Assembly (NCBI GenBank): GCA_047611425.1 | Contig: JBLFWJ010000001.1 | Location: 4,038 to 68,037, forward strand | Length of the DNA stretch: 64,000 nucleotides | DNA from: Bacteroidia bacterium | GTDB taxonomy: Bacteria; Bacteroidota; Bacteroidia; UBA10329 | Direction: 5' to 3' | Shown: positions 38,780-47,373 of the stretch, piece after piece | Numbering within the stretch: the stretch's first letter is position 1 | How the letters are laid out: each line of letters begins with the position of its first letter | The notes under the pieces: generated by a model | Told to the model about the DNA's origin: nothing | Seen by the model: only the letters and a program-made list of their open reading frames with translations | Databases searched by the model: none | Translations under genes and position numbers: made by a program

Positions 38780-41700
38780 TTACAATGCAATAATCTTCTC
38801 TAATTCTTTGGTAGGAGTGATTTGATCTCTGTTTAGAGAATACTCCTGCTTTAGCCCCTTTACGAAATACATATCGATTAACCCTTTGCCTTTCGCATCA
38901 ATCTTACCTCGGTATTCGCATTCAAAATACTCTTTCACAAGATCGTAAGTTGTTCCGGAAATATTCACTTTTCCAGCCTCAGAGGTTGATTCCATTCGAC
39001 TGGCTGTGTTTACCGTATCGCCCCAAACATCGTAAGCAAACTTCTTTTTACCTACAACTCCAGCTGTCAATGGACCGGTGTGTACGCCAATTCTAACTTC
39101 CCAGAATTTCTCGCCTTTCTCTTTTTTCTCCTCCGCAATTTCACGCATTACATTTCGAAGCCTCAATGCGCAGAGAGTAGTGGCAATTGGGTTGCTTTTA
39201 TTCTTAATGGGAACACCGCCAGCACACATGTATGCGTCACCGATAGTCTTGATCTTCTCTAGGCTGAGTTCCGTAACAATATCATCAAATTGGATGAAGC
39301 ACTTGTCAAGTTCCGCAACCAAATCTTCTGGTTTCGTCTGCTCTGCAAACTTGGTAAAGCCTTTGAAATCAGTGAAAAGGACTGATGCCATATTATAATG
39401 TTTGGCGGTTGCTTTACCGTTGGCTTGTAGCTCTTCGGCCGTCTCTTTTGGAAGAATATTAAGTAGTAAATCTTCCACTTTGCCTTTCTGTTCTTCCAAT
39501 TCCACCGTACGCTTTTTCACCATCGTTTCCAAGGCGCGTTGCTGATCACGAAGACTTCGTTCTCGCATTTTGATCACAAGGAAAACGAGAAGAATCAGAA
39601 CCAACCCGTATATCAAGACCATGTACCATCGCTTCCAAATCATTTCTTCAATCTGAAATGAGACAGAATTGACGGCAGTAACCTGACCGAGAATATTTCT
39701 TGCACGTATCTCAAGAGTGTAAACCCCAGCAGGAATAAATGGGATCTCGATACTCGCGCTTGGGCTCCAACGGCTCCAGGTATCCTTCAAGCCAACAAGT
39801 CGATATTGATAGTCGGTGCCATCACTCTTTAAGTAGAAAGGAGCTGAGATTAGAAATTCCAGCGAGTTCTTTTTATGAACTGTCAACGCTTCTGATAGCG
39901 AGAATCGAGTTCCCGATCCGTCCATCATCTGACGGATATATACATTGAAAATCTCGCCAACAGAGGAGTCTGCTTTCGCGTCAATCCTGATTAGGTTTTG
40001 ACTTCCATCCACAACCCACAAATGGCCCTTACTGTCACGATGAATGTCACGTGGGTCATCAAAAAGCTCTAAAAACCGTGCGTTTCCATCATCAGATCCA
40101 TCAAGTGGTAACCAATTTTGACCATTGTAAAACCAATTGTTTCCAGGACCATTCAATCTGTATTCCCCATTCCCAGAAAGGAATAGATGGCTGTTTGCGG
40201 TAGGCAACATCCGATCGACATCAGAGCTGTAAGTGAATATTCCGGATGGGAGTAGGAAGTGAAGCTTATCATCAATGCTGGCAATCTGAACTGACTCAGA
40301 AAAGTCAGGCCCAAACAGGTATTCCTTTTTACCAATGGCTCGGCCGGATTCGTCAAGATCGATATGCCATGCCGTGTTGTCGGAACTTATCCAAAGATCT
40401 ATTGCTCCGTCTTCGGCAACGCTGTAAATATTGGCATCAATGCTATCGGTGGTTGTTCGAATAATCCAAGAATCACCAACATGTTCCAGCGTTTGGTATC
40501 CGGTAGAGGTACAAACGTAGAAGCGGTTTTTCTTAGATGAAGTAGAAATGTGGTTTACATAGATGTTCTCAATAACAGGTTCGGCACGACTTCCGAAAAC
40601 TTCAAAAACGCCAGTGTTGGTTGCCACGAGGAGTTTTCCCTGATATTGTACAAACTGCTTAGATTTTACATCAAGACCTTCTACCCGTTTGAATAGATAA
40701 CTTGAGGCCTGTTCCATACGAGTTTGCTTTGCACTTACCGTGGGAATTGACACGTTATCTGGAACCAGCTGTTCTTTGGTCGTTTCTTTAGTAAGTTCTG
40801 GTTCTGTCCCAGCTGATTTTTCCGCTTGAATGACCTCAACAGGTGCCTCTTTCTGTTCTTTTTCCTGTTGTCTGCGTTCCTTTTTCAGTTTGCGCCTCAG
40901 CTGACGTTTCTCTTTTAGAGATAAGTCATCTGGAATCAAATCTTCAATGTCAACATCCTTTTCAGGTTGGTTGGTGCTTTTTATAGCTGACTGAACACTC
41001 GGTTTCTTCGCTAAAGGTTTTGAAACTTTGGGTTTGACCTCTTGTGCTTTTTGTTCTTCTTGCTCTTGAAGAACTTTCAAAAACTCAGCTTTATTGGCTG
41101 ATTTTGTCAAGTAAAACACACCATTGTTGGTTCCAACATAAAGTCTGCTTCCATGCTTGATGCTCGTCAGAAGGTTTCCTTCAATTCCTGGGTATGCAGA
41201 GAAATCATTAATTGGAACTTCCAGATCTACTCTTGTAATTCCCAACTCGTGTGCAATCCAAAGGCCACCATTTCGATCTCGACACATGGCCATAACTTCA
41301 TTGTCCGGTAAGCCTGTTCGATAATTCAGAGTGAATAAAGTTTCACCATTTTTTCCGTCAACAACGATACATCCACCCGAAATGGTTCCGACTACATATC
41401 GGTTTCGATCCAGGGCAAGTCCGGAGGTCATCATGTGTTCGTCTAGATAAGCGTGATCATCAGGATTGATTTCCATAAAACGCTTACCGTTAAATTCAAT
41501 CAATCGTTCGTTGGCTGTTCCAATCAGCGTTTTTCCTTTTTCGGGTTCAATGCTGAAAAGGATTTGCTCGTCCGCTTCAAAAGGGCGAGTAGGAAGGGAG
41601 ATGATGGAATCTTCATATAGAATATCCAACGTACCAGCGGTTTTCTTTATAAAGAACCTTGCACCTGAAACAAATGCTCCATCATAAATGGCATCACCTA

Positions 41701-42265
41701 CATCTTTCAATTTTGTTGGAACCGATTCCAGTTGAAGATCGGTGATGAATACGGCAGTTGGGGAATAGAAAAAAACATGCTCTCTATTCACCAATATGTC
41801 GGTAAAATTGTGTCCAATATCAACGCTATCCAACAAACGGGAATAACTGTATTTCCCAGTAGGATCTTGTTCCAATTTCCCAAACTCTCCGCTCAATGCT
41901 ACTAGCACCTGATCGGTACCTTCAAGCAAAACCAATTTATGAGGTATTCCAGGTATCTCGATGTTTCCCCAATTGGCCCCGTCATAAGTGAAAATTCCTT
42001 GCCTCTTGGCAATGAGAATCACCTCGTTATTATCTTGAACCATGTCGTATGTCCGTGAGTCTAGCGGAATACCCTGTGCATCAATATTGGTAAGAAATGG
42101 CTGACCGTTTTGTGCCAAAATAAGTTGGCCACATAACAGAAATAAGAGGAGGAATAAATGCTTCAATACACTGGTTTGGAATGGCTGGCTAATATAGCTG
42201 ATCGATAGTGTAGTACTGTCTGTTGAGGCGCATTTTATAAATGAAAAATGCCGCAAAAGCGGCAT
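38780..42265 (-). CDS. Sensor class III adenylate/guanylate cyclase: signal peptide, periplasmic two-component-regulator beta-propeller with K/E-rich insert, Y_Y_Y domain, TM helix, cytoplasmic cyclase homology domain
   Basis: C-terminus has class III cyclase motifs (ASVLFTDFKGFT, KTIGDAYMCAGG, RIGVHTGPLTAGVVG, VWGDTVNTASRMES). Single TM MVLIYGLVLILLVFLVIKM. N-terminal WD-like propeller repeats (GLWIAHELGITRVD etc.). Start codon uncertain: an alternative TTG at 42166 gives MKHLFLLLFLLCGQLILAQ. Confidence 0.8.
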   Translation of the reverse strand: MPLLRHFSFIKCASTDSTTLSISYISQPFQTSVLKHLFLLLFLLCGQLILAQNGQPFLTNIDAQGIPLDSRTYDMVQDNNEVILIAKRQGIFTYDGANWGNIEIPGIPHKLVLLEGTDQVLVALSGEFGKLEQDPTGKYSYSRLLDSVDIGHNFTDILVNREHVFFYSPTAVFITDLQLESVPTKLKDVGDAIYDGAFVSGARFFIKKTAGTLDILYEDSIISLPTRPFEADEQILFSIEPEKGKTLIGTANERLIEFNGKRFMEINPDDHAYLDEHMMTSGLALDRNRYVVGTISGGCIVVDGKNGETLFTLNYRTGLPDNEVMAMCRDRNGGLWIAHELGITRVDLEVPINDFSAYPGIEGNLLTSIKHGSRLYVGTNNGVFYLTKSANKAEFLKVLQEQEEQKAQEVKPKVSKPLAKKPSVQSAIKSTNQPEKDVDIEDLIPDDLSLKEKRQLRRKLKKERRQQEKEQKEAPVEVIQAEKSAGTEPELTKETTKEQLVPDNVSIPTVSAKQTRMEQASSYLFKRVEGLDVKSKQFVQYQGKLLVATNTGVFEVFGSRAEPVIENIYVNHISTSSKKNRFYVCTSTGYQTLEHVGDSWIIRTTTDSIDANIYSVAEDGAIDLWISSDNTAWHIDLDESGRAIGKKEYLFGPDFSESVQIASIDDKLHFLLPSGIFTYSSDVDRMLPTANSHLFLSGNGEYRLNGPGNNWFYNGQNWLPLDGSDDGNARFLELFDDPRDIHRDSKGHLWVVDGSQNLIRIDAKADSSVGEIFNVYIRQMMDGSGTRFSLSEALTVHKKNSLEFLISAPFYLKSDGTDYQYRLVGLKDTWSRWSPSASIEIPFIPAGVYTLEIRARNILGQVTAVNSVSFQIEEMIWKRWYMVLIYGLVLILLVFLVIKMRERSLRDQQRALETMVKKRTVELEEQKGKVEDLLLNILPKETAEELQANGKATAKHYNMASVLFTDFKGFTKFAEQTKPEDLVAELDKCFIQFDDIVTELSLEKIKTIGDAYMCAGGVPIKNKSNPIATTLCALRLRNVMREIAEEKKEKGEKFWEVRIGVHTGPLTAGVVGKKKFAYDVWGDTVNTASRMESTSEAGKVNISGTTYDLVKEYFECEYRGKIDAKGKGLIDMYFVKGLKQEYSLNRDQITPTKELEKIIAL

Positions 42266-42266
42266 T
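42247..42266 (-). promoter_or_regulatory. Hairpin plus T-run between siaC-like gene and cyclase gene (candidate intra-operon attenuator or partial terminator)
   Basis: On the minus strand AATGCCGC-tttt-GCGGCATT perfect 8-bp stem immediately followed by TTTTCATTT. Overlaps the first annotated ATG of the cyclase ORF. Confidence 0.4.
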
Positions 42267-42294
42267 CAAAGTAATTTCTTCACAACGTAGTTGG

Positions 42295-42672
42295 TTAGTC
42301 CACTTCAATCATCTTAAAGGGAACGTCAATTATGCTTTGGTAGTCTTCACCAGCCTCTAGCATGTCCTCATCATCCTCCTCGTAATACCAATTGATGACA
42401 ATTTCGTTGCCGTTTTGCCACAGACCTTCTGCCTTTTTCAAAAGGTCAAGTAAGCACTTGCTAGAACTCGTATTGAAGTATTCCAACTGTATCTCAATAG
42501 TAGTCTTGGCTCTAGGGCTAGCGCTATACGTCTCTAGCCAATCCACAAGTGGTTTGTAAAATTCAATGCTGTTTTCCGGGATCGATCTTCCCTTCAACAA
42601 AAGACTGCCCTGTTCTGGGTCGAAATTGATAATCGGTGTCTTTGGTGTTCCGTCAAGTAATATTGGATCCAT
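42295..42672 (-). CDS. siaC: SiaC family (DUF1987) regulatory phosphoprotein
   Basis: 125 aa. PILLDGTPKTPIINFDPEQGSLLLKGRSIPENSIEFYKPLVDWLETY... matches the DUF1987/SiaC pattern (TP.V.FD...G.L.I.G.S.PEN...FY.P...W...Y), acidic C-terminus. Confidence 0.7.
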   Translation of the reverse strand: MDPILLDGTPKTPIINFDPEQGSLLLKGRSIPENSIEFYKPLVDWLETYSASPRAKTTIEIQLEYFNTSSSKCLLDLLKKAEGLWQNGNEIVINWYYEEDDEDMLEAGEDYQSIIDVPFKMIEVD

Positions 42673-42683
42673 GGTGCAATTAT

Positions 42684-43289
42684 TTATTGTTCTACGTTAA
42701 TGTTTAATGTGAAGAAAGTGTGTTCGTTATTTATTGGAGTGAAATCATAGGCTAGTTTTTGTCCTGTTTTTCGAGCAATGTCAACCATACCAAGGCCACT
42801 TCCACCTTTGCCACTACGTTGGTCATTGTTCAATATTTCTTTATACAGTTCTCGAAGACCTTCTGGTTCTCGAGAATTGATGTCTTCAAGATTTGTCTTT
42901 AAATCGTCAGCTCTATCGGTTTGAACATAATTGCCCGTAATAATTCGGTAACCCTTGTCGTCCAACCCAATCATAAAAATGGCAGATCTATCACTATCTT
43001 CTTTCTCGCCTAAATTTATTGGCACCGCATCTACATGATGATAGAGGTTCTGTAAACACTCTACCATTACGTTATATACTTTCTTACGAGTTCTCGGAGC
43101 TTCCTGAAACGTATCCAATCGCTGCTCCATTATCTGGAGAATGGACGACATCAGTTCAGCTGTAATATCTCCTTTAAAAGAGAGTAGGATGTTGTTCATA
43201 TTCATCCTATCATACAACTCGTATATGTCTATTCCGCTTACAGGTTTTCTAGTTGACACGTCAGTGGTAGGTTTATTCTCGTCTATCAT
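42684..43289 (-). CDS. siaB: SiaB family protein kinase (GHKL-like; start taken at MIDENKP)
   Basis: ...ILLSFKGDITAELMSSILQIMEQRL...KKVYNVMVECLQNLYHH... with C-terminal G-box GKGGSGLGMVDIARKT. Matches SiaB/DUF-type partner-switch kinases adjacent to DUF1987. Confidence 0.65.
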   Translation of the reverse strand: MIDENKPTTDVSTRKPVSGIDIYELYDRMNMNNILLSFKGDITAELMSSILQIMEQRLDTFQEAPRTRKKVYNVMVECLQNLYHHVDAVPINLGEKEDSDRSAIFMIGLDDKGYRIITGNYVQTDRADDLKTNLEDINSREPEGLRELYKEILNNDQRSGKGGSGLGMVDIARKTGQKLAYDFTPINNEHTFFTLNINVEQ

Positions 43290-43497
43290 TAATGAAATTA
43301 CCGCTTGGATTAATGGTCTTAAAACCAAGTAGAATTGGCTCTTTTACCTCAAATTTCACGTAGGGTTACATCTGCTATGTTTTTTTGTCCAAAGCGCGAC
43401 TGCACGATACATGTAGCGACTTTCTAATTTCCGGCTAATCCTGATATGGAGTGTCAATTCATAGACAAACTAGATTTGAAGGTCTATTTTTGTCGCT

Positions 43498-44247
43498 ATG
43501 TCCAAAACACAAGAGATAGAGTGGTTTGAGAGATGGTTCAACTCGCCCTATTATCATATGCTTTACGGTAACCGAGATCATAAGGAAGCGGCAGACTTTA
43601 TCAATCGTCTAATTGACTTCCTTCAGGTTGAGAAAGGGGCTAACGTACTTGATCTTGCTTGTGGTAAAGGGCGACATTCGCTTCAACTCAATTCAAAGGG
43701 TTTTGATGTAATCGGAATCGATTTAAGTGAGAAGAGCATTGAAAGTGCACTAGAGCATTCAAATGAATCGTTGAATTTCTTTGTGCATGACATGCGACAA
43801 CTATTCTGGCTGGAGCATTTCGATTTGGTAGCGAACCTTTTTACGAGTTTTGGTTATTTCCATAATAAGGAAGATGATCAACAGATGATGAATGGTGTGT
43901 TTGAATCATTGAAACCGGGAGGCCGATTTGTGATTGATTTTATGAATGCCAAAAAAGTGGTGGCCAATCTTGTTAATCATGAAGAAAAGCAGGTTGATGA
44001 TGTCAAGTTTGTAATCAATCGAAAGGTTGAAGATGCTGTAATTGTCAAGTCGATTGATGTGATTGATGGCTTGGACAAGACAAGCTTTGTAGAGGAGGTT
44101 GATGAATTGTATCTGGCAGACTTTATCGCGTACCTAAATAATGCCGGTTTCTCAATCAAGTCAACCTATGGTAATTATCAACTGGAACAATTTGATGAGG
44201 TCAATTCTGACCGATTAATAATTGTGGCCGAAAAACCAGCCGGATGA
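43498..44247 (+). CDS. Class I SAM-dependent methyltransferase
   Basis: Motif I VLDLACGKGRHSLQL, post-I acidic DLSE, motif II/III. Confidence 0.65.
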   Translation: MSKTQEIEWFERWFNSPYYHMLYGNRDHKEAADFINRLIDFLQVEKGANVLDLACGKGRHSLQLNSKGFDVIGIDLSEKSIESALEHSNESLNFFVHDMRQLFWLEHFDLVANLFTSFGYFHNKEDDQQMMNGVFESLKPGGRFVIDFMNAKKVVANLVNHEEKQVDDVKFVINRKVEDAVIVKSIDVIDGLDKTSFVEEVDELYLADFIAYLNNAGFSIKSTYGNYQLEQFDEVNSDRLIIVAEKPAG

Positions 44248-44939
44248 TTGAGTCGACTGTATTATTTATAGGTAGTCTCTTGGCAGGGTTGTCTGCTCTG
44301 GCATTCAAACCGTCCGAACGACTCTTTAAGGTTTTACTGGCCTTTGGTGGAGCCTTCCTTTTAGGTCTTTCGTTTTTTCATCTTTTACCAGAAGCCTACG
44401 AGGCAATCGGAATGCAGGCAGGTATAGCTGTTATTGCAGGATTCCTTTTGCAAGTTGTACTCGAGTCATTCTCTGGCGGAATAGAACACGGTCACCATCA
44501 TCATAAAGAGGGAAACAACTTCCCCTGGATGGTATTTGTAGGCCTTTCATTGCACGCCTATCTAGAAGGCCTTCCATTTGGTCAGCATGATCATGGGCAC
44601 GGATTATGGCCTTTCCTCATCGGTGTAATGATGCACAAAATGCCAGTCGCATTTGTCCTGGGTTCTATGTTAGTCGGTGCAGGGTCGGATAAGATGAAGG
44701 TTATTCTATTTATTGTCATATTCAGCTGCATGGCACCGATGGGTTCTCTGACCACAAGCATGATCCCAACCATTGATGAATCTATCTTTTACATGATTAT
44801 TGGTTTGGTTGTGGGAATGCTTCTACACATTAGTACAACCATTCTATATGAGGCCGATAAGGGACACAGATTTAACTTCTTAAAGATGTTGGTAATCATC
44901 ATTGCCCTGGCTGTCGCCTACTTCGTTTCAATTATTTAA
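44244..44939 (+). CDS. ZIP family metal (Zn/Fe) transporter
   Basis: 8 TM helices, His-rich loop GHHHHKEGN, ZIP signature HxxxEGxxxG (LHAYLEGLPFG). Start overlaps the methyltransferase stop (ATGA). Confidence 0.7.
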   Translation: MIESTVLFIGSLLAGLSALAFKPSERLFKVLLAFGGAFLLGLSFFHLLPEAYEAIGMQAGIAVIAGFLLQVVLESFSGGIEHGHHHHKEGNNFPWMVFVGLSLHAYLEGLPFGQHDHGHGLWPFLIGVMMHKMPVAFVLGSMLVGAGSDKMKVILFIVIFSCMAPMGSLTTSMIPTIDESIFYMIIGLVVGMLLHISTTILYEADKGHRFNFLKMLVIIIALAVAYFVSII

Positions 44940-45041
44940 GTCGAGCTGAACATCCCGCAAGTTCAAGTGTTAAATTCGCAGGCCCTAAGGGAAACCCTTG
45001 GTTTAAATCAGAAATAAATAATCACTTTTATATAGAATAAT

Positions 45042-45671
45042 ATGACATTAGTAGGACAAAAAGCACCACTTTTTAAGGCACCAGCAGTTATAAACGGAGG
45101 AACAGTTGAGGACGATTTTAGTCTTGAGCAATACATTGGAAATAAGGAGGTAATCTTCTTTTTCTACCCAAAAGATTTCACATTCGTATGTCCATCTGAG
45201 CTACACGCATTTCAGGCAAAACTTGCTGAGTTTGAATCAAGAGGCGTTGCCGTAGTTGGTTGTAGTACAGATACGCAGGAATCTCACTGGGGATGGTTGC
45301 AAATGGATAAGAATGCTGGCGGTATTAAAGGCATCACGTACCCAATTGTTGCTGATCTTACCAAAACTATCTCAATGAACTTCGGTGTTCTTTTCGGAGA
45401 ATACGATATGAACGAAGAAGGCGAGATGACGGCTACAGGCCCAATGATCGCTTACAGAGGTTTGTTTCTGATTGACAAGAAAGGTGTTGTAAGACATTCT
45501 TTGGTTAACGATCTTCCATTAGGAAGAAACGTTGATGAAGCGTTGAGAATGGTTGACGCTCTTCAGTTCTTCGAAGAGAACGGAGAAGTTTGTCCAGCAA
45601 ACTGGAGCAAAGGTTCAGAAGGTATGACAGCAACACATGAAGGTGTTGCTGATTACTTAGCTGCAAACTAA
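45042..45671 (+). CDS. Peroxiredoxin (typical 2-Cys Prx/AhpC family)
   Basis: Peroxidatic Cys motif FTFVCPSEL and resolving Cys near the C-terminus (...VCPANW). Confidence 0.88.
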   Translation: MTLVGQKAPLFKAPAVINGGTVEDDFSLEQYIGNKEVIFFFYPKDFTFVCPSELHAFQAKLAEFESRGVAVVGCSTDTQESHWGWLQMDKNAGGIKGITYPIVADLTKTISMNFGVLFGEYDMNEEGEMTATGPMIAYRGLFLIDKKGVVRHSLVNDLPLGRNVDEALRMVDALQFFEENGEVCPANWSKGSEGMTATHEGVADYLAAN

Positions 45672-45693
45672 GTTTAGATTTTGAATAATAAAA

Positions 45694-45730
45694 GGCCCGC
45701 TTTCCGAAATGAGAGCGGGCCCTTTTTGTT
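45694..45730. terminator. Bidirectional rho-independent terminator between convergent peroxiredoxin and mazG genes
   Basis: ggcccgctttc...gagagcgggcc stem flanked by A-run upstream and TTTTTGTTTT downstream. Confidence 0.55.
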
Positions 45731-45743
45731 TTAATGAAAGGGG

Positions 45744-46538
45744 TTATTTAGGATCCAGCGATTTGGCCGCGTTCCAGTATTCATCCATTTCTTCCAAAGT
45801 CATGTCAACCAAAGACCGACCATCCTTTTGTGCACCTTTCTCCAAGTATTGAAACCGGGATATGAATTTCTTATTGGTTTTTTCTAGTGCTGATTCTGGA
45901 TCAACCCCAATAAAGCGGGCGTAGTTAATCATAGAGAAAATCACATCTCCAAACTCTTGTTCAATTTTTTCTTGAGAAGTGTTTTGCTCAATTTCATGTT
46001 GAAGCTCACCTAGTTCTTCATTCACCTTTTCCCACACTTGAGATTGATCATCCCAATCAAATCCAACGCCACGTGCTTTTTCTTGAATACGATTGGCCTT
46101 TACCATTGCCGGTAGTGACTTTGGTACACCTTCGAGTACGCTTGTCTTTCCTTCCTTTAGTTTGAGTTTTTCCCAATTCTGTTTTACCTCTTCCTCATCA
46201 GCAACCTCAACATCTCCATAAATATGCGGGTGGCGATGGATCAGTTTCTCGCACACTGAGTCGATCACATCGGCAATGTCAAAGGACTTCTTCTCTGATC
46301 CTATTTTAGCATAGAACACAATATGAAGAAGGATGTCGCCAAGTTCTTTCTTGATCTCTGGTAGATCATCATCCAAAATCGCATCTGCCAGTTCGTAGGT
46401 TTCCTCTATTGTAAGTTGACGTAAGCTTTGGAGCGTTTGCTTCTTGTCCCAAGGACATTTTTCTCGAAGCTCATCCATAATGATTAGCAATCGTTCAAAT
46501 TGCTTGAGCTTTTCTTCCATACTGTTCATCGCCTCCAA
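45744..46538 (-). CDS. mazG: Nucleoside triphosphate pyrophosphohydrolase MazG
   Basis: Tandem MazG domains with ...EETYELADAI.....E.GD.L....F....G and second EExGE motif (ELGELQHEIE). Confidence 0.8.
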   Translation of the reverse strand: MEAMNSMEEKLKQFERLLIIMDELREKCPWDKKQTLQSLRQLTIEETYELADAILDDDLPEIKKELGDILLHIVFYAKIGSEKKSFDIADVIDSVCEKLIHRHPHIYGDVEVADEEEVKQNWEKLKLKEGKTSVLEGVPKSLPAMVKANRIQEKARGVGFDWDDQSQVWEKVNEELGELQHEIEQNTSQEKIEQEFGDVIFSMINYARFIGVDPESALEKTNKKFISRFQYLEKGAQKDGRSLVDMTLEEMDEYWNAAKSLDPK

Positions 46539-46615
46539 ATTTTTGGTTGCGACAAATCTGCCAATAATTATGGCTGTTGAAGTAGAAAAATAAGAAAGGT
46601 TAAGAGGATTCTGTC

Positions 46616-47236
46616 TTACTGACAGATGTCTTGGAAATCGGTCTTGGCTCGGATATTTCCAAGGTCCTTGGCAATTTTGATGTCTTCACATCCACCGCCT
46701 AAGTCGTCCATGAAACGTTTAAGGTGACCACGTCTGAAGTAAGCTTCGGCAAGTTGAGCGTTCAATCCAAGAACTTTTGATTTCTCAACTTTCGCACCTT
46801 CAAAATCTCCAAGAACGGTTTTAATGTTGGATTTGTAATCGTGCATTTCAACCATCTTTTCAGAGATCTCAATCGCAAGATTATAGTCTTCCATAGCACT
46901 TGGGAATTCAATTTTTTGAAATTTAATGCCACCACGGCCAATGTAGGCTTCTATCAGATTCGGATCAGTTATGATGGCGGTATCGTAATATGCTAGAGCT
47001 CCATTATAGTCTCGTGCGTCTTCTAGGTTAAAGCCCTTTTGGAAATTATAAAGCGCGATTTCATAGTTTGTTTTTGCTGGAGCTGAAACTGTACTGGAAT
47101 CTCCGCTCTGAGCTTTTAGAGCTGCAATTTTTTCTTCTTTGGTCATATCAGCTTGACCGTCCTTTGCATCCTGAGCAAATAGCCCATTCATCAAGAAGAA
47201 TGTGAGTAGAGTGAAGAGTACGGGTAGAATGCGCAT
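46616..47236 (-). CDS. Tetratricopeptide-repeat protein with signal peptide
   Basis: Signal peptide MRILPVLFTLLTFFLMNGLFA. TPR-like A/Y/G-periodic repeats. Confidence 0.5.
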   Translation of the reverse strand: MRILPVLFTLLTFFLMNGLFAQDAKDGQADMTKEEKIAALKAQSGDSSTVSAPAKTNYEIALYNFQKGFNLEDARDYNGALAYYDTAIITDPNLIEAYIGRGGIKFQKIEFPSAMEDYNLAIEISEKMVEMHDYKSNIKTVLGDFEGAKVEKSKVLGLNAQLAEAYFRRGHLKRFMDDLGGGCEDIKIAKDLGNIRAKTDFQDICQ

Positions 47237-47373
47237 TTAGGCTAATGTTCCGCTGTGCAATATAGTACTTCGTGGTAATTTGGCTATACGCTGCTTACAC
47301 TATTATTTGTAATAAGCATCTTCGAGTTTGTGGATTCGCTCTCAAAAGCCCGTGGTTGCTGATTGTTCATTAT

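Noticed and set aside
40153-41687. Short ORFs on both strands inside the sensor cyclase gene (40153-40356, 40246-40464, 41466-41687, 39078-39398)
   Set aside because: Embedded in a continuous 1161-aa ORF with coherent domain architecture.
43485-43492. TATTTTTG -7-like box 5 nt upstream of the methyltransferase ATG
   Set aside because: No suitably spaced -33 TTTG element; the nearest TTTG is only 6 bp away. Insufficient to call a promoter.
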